Part shown: positions 26,539 to 33,811 of the stretch, one piece after another
How the letters are laid out: every line of letters starts with the position of its first letter
How positions within the stretch are numbered: the stretch's first letter is position 1
DNA from: a virus
Virus record (IMG/VR): IMGVR_UViG_3300030109_004085
Span: 1-64,000 of that record
Length of the DNA: 64,000 nucleotides
Reading direction: 5' to 3' (one strand)
The notes under the pieces: generated by a model
Database searches by the model: none
The model's input: only the letters and a program-made list of their open reading frames with translations
Told to the model about the DNA's origin: nothing
Made by a program: the position numbers and the translations under genes

Positions 26539-27555
26539 CTAAATCCTTTCTGGTGATTCTGAAAAGACAACTCTAACAGTTGCCTTGGTGTTGAGGTAAC
26601 GCTTGATATATTGTTTCCAAGATGTCTCCGTTCCCAACTTAAGCATAATAGCATCATTATCGGAAGAACGCAAGTTCCAAGTGCGCGCGGAACGCAGAAT
26701 ATCTACTTTATTAATGATTACATCTGTGACACCATTAATATCAACTGCTTTCTTTAGATTCCGAATATTAAGCCAATTGCACTGTCTCGGGCGTCCGGTG
26801 GTTGCACCGAACTCTTGACCGAGTTGTTGAAGAAGATTAAATACTCTTCCTTCTCCATGGAACTCCTTGGCACCAACATAAGTGTCGTATGCCTTAGCCA
26901 CTCCGTATACACGGCGAACAGCCTGCGGCGGGATGCCGTTTAGGAGCGCCCCAGCGGACGTACAGTGGCTTGAAGTAACATAAGGGTAGTCTCCCCAGTC
27001 AATGTCCAACCCAAAGCCTTGAGCGCCCTCACAGAGGATGATACTGGAACAATCAAATTCCTCATCGGAATCGTACAGTTCTGTATACAAATCAATTAAG
27101 TATGGAGTACCGGCGAGTGCCTCGGAAGCAAGTGTCCCTCTACGATCATACTTATCCCGATAAGCGGGCCCGTTCCCTTGTTTGGTGGTGCCGAGCGTTG
27201 TGTCTTTACCGTCCTCTTCTAAATGAGCATCAGTAATGATGTGAGCGTTGTTTGCAATATAAATCAAACCTTCGGTTTTAATTCCGCCATCGTGAAGCAT
27301 CTGCAGTTCTCTCTGGAACTGATCGATATTCACAACACATCCATTACCGATAATGGACTTTACTCCAAAGAACACCCCGGCAGGGATATGGTGCGTTACA
27401 AACTTAACGCCTTCGTGATAAATGGTATGACCAGCATTGCAGCCGCCGTTAAAGCGAATACAATGAGTGTAGTCCCCATTCTTCAAAAGGTGATGTGTTA
27501 CTTTTCCTTTGCCCTCATCACCATAAGACAAACCTACTACGATATCAGCTAACAT
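26539..27555 (-). CDS. purA: adenylosuccinate synthetase (short form)
   Basis: GDEGKGK, GG.NAGHT, GTT..G.GPAY, EGAQG, YPYVTSS, GATTGRPR, NKVD. Confidence 0.92.
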   Translation of the reverse strand: MLADIVVGLSYGDEGKGKVTHHLLKNGDYTHCIRFNGGCNAGHTIYHEGVKFVTHHIPAGVFFGVKSIIGNGCVVNIDQFQRELQMLHDGGIKTEGLIYIANNAHIITDAHLEEDGKDTTLGTTKQGNGPAYRDKYDRRGTLASEALAGTPYLIDLYTELYDSDEEFDCSSIILCEGAQGFGLDIDWGDYPYVTSSHCTSAGALLNGIPPQAVRRVYGVAKAYDTYVGAKEFHGEGRVFNLLQQLGQEFGATTGRPRQCNWLNIRNLKKAVDINGVTDVIINKVDILRSARTWNLRSSDNDAIMLKLGTETSWKQYIKRYLNTKATVRVVFSESPERI

Positions 27556-27558
27556 TTT

Positions 27559-30500
27559 TTATCCTAACAATCTTAGATTTCTTTTAATCGATCGAGTTGA
27601 AAAACCCCACGCAGGGTCATAATCCAACTTACCCATGTAAGGACGGTTCAGATGAATCCTGTCCTTGCCCTCAACTATACCCCAACATCGGAACTTTGTC
27701 AAGGCAGAATTGGAATCAATTACCTCCACAATCCAATAAGGTTTACCGTTTTTCGTTTTCTTGCGAATGATCTCGCGTGGGATAAACCACACAAGCCCCA
27801 ACTCTGGATCGTAATCCGAAATCGCCGGAATGTAATATTCATCCAGCTTTTGCTGGACCTCCGGAGTTACAACCAACGACATAGGAAAGATTCCAGTGAT
27901 TGTCGTTAGATTCTCGATTTCTTCCGCCGAAGTGAAGTCGCCTTCGTCCTTGTACTTGTCAATGTTTTCATTGAACTTCTTGCGGTTGTAGACTCTATCG
28001 ACCGCGACAGCGGACCAATAATGTTTGCGGCCCGTAAAGCGGTCATCCATTAGACTATTCATTGCACCTGAGCGAACCAAGCAATCCAATGCTTTCTTAT
28101 TTAGCTTGCTGTATACAATGTCGTCGTGGAATAGAAACTCCTCGATATTCGCGAACGGACGGTTGTCGACAATCTGCTGGATCGCTGCGTCACCTAGCCC
28201 CTTCAAGCCCGCAAGAGGCTGAATAAGCTTGCGGTCATCATCGGGATCGATCTCCCAAACAAATGATGAGCGGTTTACGTCTGCCTTCTCGATAAAGAAG
28301 CCGTTCTGCTTCGCGATATTAATTGCCTTTTCCTTTCGCTTCTCGGGCTCCTTGTCCAAGAATGAAGCCATCCACTCTACCGGGTAATAATTCCATAGCC
28401 ACGCGCATTGGAACGAGATAGCCGAATATGAAATAGCGTGAGACTTGTTGAAGCCATACCCGGAGAAGTATTCAAACCTCTCCCACATATCCTCGGCTTC
28501 GCGTTGGCGAATCCCCTTCTCCACGCAACCGTTGATAAACTTCTGCTTGAGTTGGTTCTTAACTCGTGCTCCCTTACCCGTTCCCTTCTTCGTTAGCACC
28601 TTACGAAGCATATTGCCTTCGTCTAGGCTTAGATCCTTGCCGAGCTTGTGGGCGAGCAATGCAATCTGTTCCTGGAAGATAAGGAACCCGTAAGTTTCCT
28701 CCGTAACATCCTTAATATGATGATTCATGTAATCAATCTCGTCTGCGTTCTCCTTAGCTTGAATATACTGCTCGTGAACATTTGCCGATAGAGGACCCGG
28801 ACGATAAATGGAGGTAATAGCGGAAATGTCAACTAAGCTCTTGGGTTTTACGTTCGAACAGAATTCCTGTGCCCGCCCTTCGGTAAACTGAAAAATTCCC
28901 GCGAAATTGCCCTTCTGAAAAACATTCTTATACACCGCTTGATCGTCAAAATCAATCACGTCCGGATGGAGGTGCTTGTTGTAGAAAGCCTGAACATCCT
29001 TGAATGTCGGCTCTGGAATATTATGATGCCGAACAAGAATGTGACGGACCGCACCTTCGATCATCCGAAGCGTGGAGAGTCCCAACAAATCAAACTTAAT
29101 AAACCCGAGCGGTTCCAAGTGACGAAGGTTTTGACCTTCTGCCCACGGAGACTGGCGAACACCACCTGAACTAATAATTGGCATATGCTCGTTTAGGTCG
29201 TCTGCAATCAAAACACCCCCCGCGTGACGGGAGCAGGAACGAACCTGACCCACAAGCGCCTCAACGTGTGTTTTGATATGCGGATGCTTTACAAGGAACC
29301 CGCGGAGGGACGGAGATAGTTCCATAACCTCCTGCCAAGTCGGATTGTATACACCAGCCTTGATACCGTGCTTTGCCTTTGCAGCAGGCGTTGCCTCAAA
29401 GATCATCTGAGAAGTAACTTTGTTTACCTCGATAAACGGAACCCCATAGAACTTTGAAATGTCCTTAATCAGCGACTTCAGTTGCAGCGTGTTCCAGTTA
29501 GAGATCGGAACCACCGAGTTCTTGCCCCATTCGTCCATTAGAAGTTCTTTAAGTTCCATAGGCTCTGCGACATCATAATCAATATCGGGGTAATCCGTTG
29601 CATCCTTACGAAGGAATCTCTCAAAAAGAAGTCCGTACTTAATAGGATCAATCTGCGTGATTCCAAGAACATAAGCCACCAGCGAACCCGCAGCAGAGCC
29701 GCGGCCAGGACCAGTCAACTGAACTTCGTTTGCCTTGTCTGAGATAGCCTTCATAGTCAAGAAGTATTTACTAAATCCTCGGTCATCGATAACATCCAAC
29801 TCCATCTTGAGCCGGTCTGTGTATTCTTTGTTCTCATGCAGATCACGCTGACGCAATCCCTCTAAAGAATAGTTTACCAAAGCTGAGGTAGCCGTGAACC
29901 CTGCTGGAACCACAAAGTCTGGAAGTTTCACGGTCGTGTCCGGGACAAAGTCTTCAACCCGGTTGAAGGCAATGTTATGAGTCTCAGTGATGGAGTTCAT
30001 TACCAACTCATCATCATACTCGTGTCCACCGACCTTTGAATAATACTTATAGGCATCCCACATTTGGTTGCCGTTCTTCGGATACAGCTCGTATCCAATC
30101 TCTTCAACTCCCTCGGGGAGTTCCGTATTGTCCTCGGCCCAAGCAGGAGTTCCCTTGCCAAGCCAGCCAAGCCGCTTGTACAACTCTCGGTCCTTCCAGG
30201 CTTCGGTGTTTGGATAATGACTATCCGCAGTAGAAATGAGCGTAATATCAAACTCTTTGCATACCTTAATAATATACTGGTTTAATTCATGTTGCTCTGG
30301 AATGTTGTTCCATTGAAGCTCCCCATACCAGCGATCACCGAAGATCTCCACAAAGCGACGACTGGTTTCGCGCATCGCCTCCATAACAGCTTCGGACCCT
30401 TCTTCTCGGTTAGCCCAATAGTTTCCTGCATACGGACCACCCAAACAGGCTGAGGATGCAATCACACCTTCCGAATACTTGTCCAGAAGCTTGTAATCCA

Positions 30501-30999
30501 CACGAGGATAACGATAGAAGTTCTCTTCCTTGTAGGACTCAGAGATCAACTTGAATAGATTGTTCAATCCTGTCTGACTCTGAGCCAGAAGGACCAAATG
30601 ACGGCGACGATTGATAACAGACTTCACAGCCTTCTTAGAGGCTTCTTCGTCCTCCACGGTCGCACCAGAGGTGTCCCCCGCCTTGGCCAGCGTCTTAGCT
30701 AGTTTAGCGTCTGCCTTGATGCGATCATACTCCTTTTGCCATTCCTCAATAGAAGGTAAGAAATAAGCTTCAACACCAAAGATAGGCTTGAAGTCCTTGC
30801 CTTCTGCCTTCATCTTCTTCCAATGAAGAAACTGGTGTGAGAACCCATTCATGTTCCCGTGGTCTGTGAGTGCGAGAGCTTCGCCTCCATTCTCATAGCA
30901 GAAATCCATATGCTCATCGGGGTATCCGATAGCATCAAAAATGGAACCCGCCACAGAGTGAGCGTGAAGTCCAACAAAAGGTATCTTTTTATCCGTCAT
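27559..30999 (-). CDS. dnaE: DNA polymerase III alpha subunit (family C)
   Basis: PHP motifs (HAHS, TDHG, DSHY), GRGSAAGSLV, PDIDYD, KFDLLGL, YGFNKSH. Confidence 0.95.
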   Translation of the reverse strand: MTDKKIPFVGLHAHSVAGSIFDAIGYPDEHMDFCYENGGEALALTDHGNMNGFSHQFLHWKKMKAEGKDFKPIFGVEAYFLPSIEEWQKEYDRIKADAKLAKTLAKAGDTSGATVEDEEASKKAVKSVINRRRHLVLLAQSQTGLNNLFKLISESYKEENFYRYPRVDYKLLDKYSEGVIASSACLGGPYAGNYWANREEGSEAVMEAMRETSRRFVEIFGDRWYGELQWNNIPEQHELNQYIIKVCKEFDITLISTADSHYPNTEAWKDRELYKRLGWLGKGTPAWAEDNTELPEGVEEIGYELYPKNGNQMWDAYKYYSKVGGHEYDDELVMNSITETHNIAFNRVEDFVPDTTVKLPDFVVPAGFTATSALVNYSLEGLRQRDLHENKEYTDRLKMELDVIDDRGFSKYFLTMKAISDKANEVQLTGPGRGSAAGSLVAYVLGITQIDPIKYGLLFERFLRKDATDYPDIDYDVAEPMELKELLMDEWGKNSVVPISNWNTLQLKSLIKDISKFYGVPFIEVNKVTSQMIFEATPAAKAKHGIKAGVYNPTWQEVMELSPSLRGFLVKHPHIKTHVEALVGQVRSCSRHAGGVLIADDLNEHMPIISSGGVRQSPWAEGQNLRHLEPLGFIKFDLLGLSTLRMIEGAVRHILVRHHNIPEPTFKDVQAFYNKHLHPDVIDFDDQAVYKNVFQKGNFAGIFQFTEGRAQEFCSNVKPKSLVDISAITSIYRPGPLSANVHEQYIQAKENADEIDYMNHHIKDVTEETYGFLIFQEQIALLAHKLGKDLSLDEGNMLRKVLTKKGTGKGARVKNQLKQKFINGCVEKGIRQREAEDMWERFEYFSGYGFNKSHAISYSAISFQCAWLWNYYPVEWMASFLDKEPEKRKEKAINIAKQNGFFIEKADVNRSSFVWEIDPDDDRKLIQPLAGLKGLGDAAIQQIVDNRPFANIEEFLFHDDIVYSKLNKKALDCLVRSGAMNSLMDDRFTGRKHYWSAVAVDRVYNRKKFNENIDKYKDEGDFTSAEEIENLTTITGIFPMSLVVTPEVQQKLDEYYIPAISDYDPELGLVWFIPREIIRKKTKNGKPYWIVEVIDSNSALTKFRCWGIVEGKDRIHLNRPYMGKLDYDPAWGFSTRSIKRNLRLLG

Positions 31000-31855
31000 T
31001 AATTTTTCCTCTTCTGTACATTATCTTTTTAGATGGTCGCTTCATGCGCTTGCCGAGCGGCGACCCTAGTAAATTAGCATACCCAGCCCAGGTTGTCAAG
31101 TCAAAAAACTCTTCAATCTCTTGATCGTTGCTAGTGGGCCCTCCACCGAACACATCTTCAAGATTATACTTTAGGGACACCAATCGTTCCTCGGGGGGTA
31201 ACTTCTCTGTTGGGATGGCCTCTCCATCGGTTGACTTCCAAACCGAAGCATTTGTGGTTATTGTGTGTTTTGCTCTGCGCCACTCTTCTGGTTCCATAAC
31301 AAATGAGATAGGATATCCGTCCCTTACAGTCTTGCCTTTGTGCGAAAAGTAGAATGTTTTCTTTTTTTGCACCTTGGCCCGATGTTTAAGTAGTTCTTTT
31401 GGGTCCAGCATTCCCAAAGGAAAGGAAACGTAATAAGCAGCCGGTGTTGTCCAGCGCGAGAACATGCGCATAACCCAAAAACATACATTTGCGCCATAAA
31501 TGGTGGACCAAGCGTAGTTGTCGACCCTGTCTCTATGTTTCGGGTGAATAGGAACATAATAAATGGGAACTTCCAAATGATTGGGACTGCCCCAGTTTTT
31601 GAACGCACCTTGCTCCACAGAACGCATATCTGTCGCGTATTCACCAATGCGATGGCGGATAAGAGGGGCAATGTCGTCGTTTGCAACAATCCAAATAGAA
31701 TTGCACCCAACGTGGATGCATTCAAAGATAGCCGATTCCAATGCGGTGTAGTTTGGAGCAACAGGTATAAGAGAAGAGTCCCATTCCATACCAAACTCGG
31801 AGGTCATTCCTGCGACTGGAATAATGCCCGGTAGGTTTTCTTTACTACGGCTCAT
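30989..31855 (-). CDS. divergent sugar-nucleotidyltransferase-like (GT-A/NTP_transferase fold) protein
   Basis: GIIPVAG...L.PV......E.AI.E....G...I.IV; canonical GxGTR and K are absent. Confidence 0.5.
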   Translation of the reverse strand: MSRSKENLPGIIPVAGMTSEFGMEWDSSLIPVAPNYTALESAIFECIHVGCNSIWIVANDDIAPLIRHRIGEYATDMRSVEQGAFKNWGSPNHLEVPIYYVPIHPKHRDRVDNYAWSTIYGANVCFWVMRMFSRWTTPAAYYVSFPLGMLDPKELLKHRAKVQKKKTFYFSHKGKTVRDGYPISFVMEPEEWRRAKHTITTNASVWKSTDGEAIPTEKLPPEERLVSLKYNLEDVFGGGPTSNDQEIEEFFDLTTWAGYANLLGSPLGKRMKRPSKKIMYRRGKINDG

Positions 31856-32576
31856 GCAGGACTATTCTATCATCCAAATCTTCTGTTGTCTCGAAATAAA
31901 AGTTTCTTTTGCTTATGTGACGGTCGCTATGACTTAACTTTAAGTATTCTTTGTTGTTTCGCTTGAGCTTCATTTGCTTTATTTTTCTTTCCAAAAGCAA
32001 GCGCACAATGGTGTCGGAATAATCAAAGTTTTTGATGTCTTGGGCGTCAATGATACTTGTTGCTAAAAAGTCCTTGAAATCTCCGGTTGAATTCCTATCA
32101 ACTCGGTTGGTTCTTATGGTTCTGAACTCTTTAACGAACGAATCGTGGGGCTTGACGATAATATCGTGCCCTAGCTTGGAACCTACTGTAATATCAAAGT
32201 AATCTTTAACAATGTAATCGTTAATGGTCTGATCCACGCCATCAAAATAGCAGTTTTCAAGGTCAAAAATATGAAGGAACTTAAACTCGACTAGAATCTT
32301 GGTGTTTCCCTTTGTAATAATCTTTAATTTGTCGTCTTCCATTCCGATAGTTTGAATATCAAACGGAACAGGAAGTTTGGATTTCATTCCAAGTTCAAAT
32401 ATGCCGTTATACCAGTTGCTTTTTACATCTTCATAACGAAAGAAATGAACAAAAGGTCTTTGCTCATCATTGACGATTAGGTGGTAGTTCTTTTTGTTCG
32501 CGAATGTAATCGCTTCTTCCCGCCAGCCAATCACAACGTTGGGAAGTTTGATTTGTATAGGTGAAAGCCCAGTCAT
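31845..32576 (-). CDS. hypothetical protein, possible degenerate Rossmann N-terminus
   Basis: NVVIGW..EA..FA start. Confidence 0.45.
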   Translation of the reverse strand: MTGLSPIQIKLPNVVIGWREEAITFANKKNYHLIVNDEQRPFVHFFRYEDVKSNWYNGIFELGMKSKLPVPFDIQTIGMEDDKLKIITKGNTKILVEFKFLHIFDLENCYFDGVDQTINDYIVKDYFDITVGSKLGHDIIVKPHDSFVKEFRTIRTNRVDRNSTGDFKDFLATSIIDAQDIKNFDYSDTIVRLLLERKIKQMKLKRNNKEYLKLSHSDRHISKRNFYFETTEDLDDRIVLHEP

Positions 32577-32582
32577 ACTACT

Positions 32583-32611
32583 AATGTAGCATAACCGGGC
32601 TTACAAGTCAA
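32583..32611 (-). promoter_or_regulatory. sigma70-type promoter (leaderless)
   Basis: TTGACT-N17-TACATT, ATG 6 nt downstream. Confidence 0.65.
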
Positions 32612-32619
32612 GTATTATT

Positions 32620-32853
32620 TTATAGAATGTTTTTTAGCGCTTCCTCAAGGAATGCGCGGAGAACATTTATATCTACATTTTGCTGGGCATCACTGATGGC
32701 ACTGTCAAGTATCTCAAGAGTTCCGATTTCTGCTTCGTTTCTGCCGTATCTTTCGCCGGCAGTTCGCATATCGGGCTCTTCCTCTTCGGATACAGCACCA
32801 AGCCCCAACTCTTCCTTAATAATCTCTTGTAATCTTGCTTTTGTGATTTTCAT
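32620..32853 (-). CDS. putative internal head protein with MKITK leader
   Basis: MKITKARLQEIIKEEL...AVSEE. Confidence 0.6.
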   Translation of the reverse strand: MKITKARLQEIIKEELGLGAVSEEEEPDMRTAGERYGRNEAEIGTLEILDSAISDAQQNVDINVLRAFLEEALKNIL

Positions 32854-32865
32854 TTTATGCCCCTA

Positions 32866-33174
32866 CTATAGATTAGCTATATATTCATCAAAGAACTTAT
32901 CACCCATGCTTCGAACGGAGGCAAAATCGGCGCCCATGGCACCTTGTTTTCCGAGAGCTTGATAAATCTTCTTGCCGGAATACTTGGTCGCCTCTACATA
33001 GTCATCGTATGGGATACTGTTTGGATCGAGGCCGCGGGCGGCAAGGTACTCATCGTATTCACGCATCTCGTCGCGGTCGACAAGAGGAAGTTCCGTCTGT
33101 CCTTCAAGTTCCTCGGACACAGCTGCAATCTCTTCCTTAATAATCTCTCTTAGTTTTGCTTTTGTAATTCTCAT
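32866..33174 (-). CDS. putative internal head protein with MRITK leader
   Basis: MRITKAKLREIIKEEI.AVSEE; start at 33174 after AGGAG and ACTATTTA (33204-33211). Confidence 0.6.
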   Translation of the reverse strand: MRITKAKLREIIKEEIAAVSEELEGQTELPLVDRDEMREYDEYLAARGLDPNSIPYDDYVEATKYSGKKIYQALGKQGAMGADFASVRSMGDKFFDEYIANL

Positions 33175-33214
33175 GGCTTTATAATCTCCTTTTGCCGACA
33201 ACTTAAATAGTTGT

Positions 33215-33493
33215 TTAATCGGATAAAATCCCAATAACATGGTTTTCTTTAATGACCGTGAAGGTTTCGCCATTATGGTCAATGTCTCGCAACATATGAG
33301 CCTCCACAACCAACCGCAGTCCAAATGCCCATAGGACGTTGTTTGAAGTGGTATGAGCTTGTCGTAGCTCCACAACCGCAAACGGTGATTCAACAGATCG
33401 GTAATCCTGTGGAAGCAAGATTCCGCTGTCTTCTGATTCATTATCCTCTACGGTTCTAACGTAAAGGTAGTTATTTACTGGTACAAAGTTCAT
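33215..33493 (-). CDS. groES: co-chaperonin GroES
   Basis: F.P.N..L.V, SGILLP mobile loop, IKE..VIG. Confidence 0.75.
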   Translation of the reverse strand: MNFVPVNNYLYVRTVEDNESEDSGILLPQDYRSVESPFAVVELRQAHTTSNNVLWAFGLRLVVEAHMLRDIDHNGETFTVIKENHVIGILSD

Positions 33494-33501
33494 TTTATCT
33501 C

Positions 33502-33810
33502 CTAGCTAAATGACATTCCGCAGCCACACGTTGAATTGGCGTCGGGGTTTCTAAACACAAATCCATGTTGTTGTAGTCCAGATTGGTAATCCACCGTCGT
33601 ATTCTTCAGTATGTCTGCGCTATGTGGATCAATATACACCTTCACGCCGGGAATGTCAAGCTTAATATCTTCTTCATCTATTTCCTCGGTAAAAGCTAAA
33701 GTATAAGTGAACCCACTACAACCGCCGCCCACAACAGCAACACGGATGATTTCTTCTTCTTCTACACCTTCCTTCAGATACTCCTTTGCGCTCGCTGTAA
33801 ATTCTATCAT
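33502..33810 (-). CDS. iscA: A-type Fe-S carrier (IscA/HesB/ErpA)
   Basis: GGGCSGF.Y, F.NP.A..TCGCG.SF. Confidence 0.92.
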   Translation of the reverse strand: MIEFTASAKEYLKEGVEEEEIIRVAVVGGGCSGFTYTLAFTEEIDEEDIKLDIPGVKVYIDPHSADILKNTTVDYQSGLQQHGFVFRNPDANSTCGCGMSFS

Positions 33811-33811
33811 G

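Noticed and set aside
26539-27555. PurZ / 2-aminoadenine (Z) genome pathway suggested by purA-like, MazG-like and PolA genes
   Set aside because: The protein has GDEGKG with the catalytic Asp (PurZ has Ser), plus GTT, GATTGR and NKVD, all canonical PurA; no DatZ-like HD gene seen
33175-33441. 191-aa version of ORF 32866..33441
   Set aside because: Overlaps groES in another frame; true start at 33174 has an SD, late motif and MRITK leader
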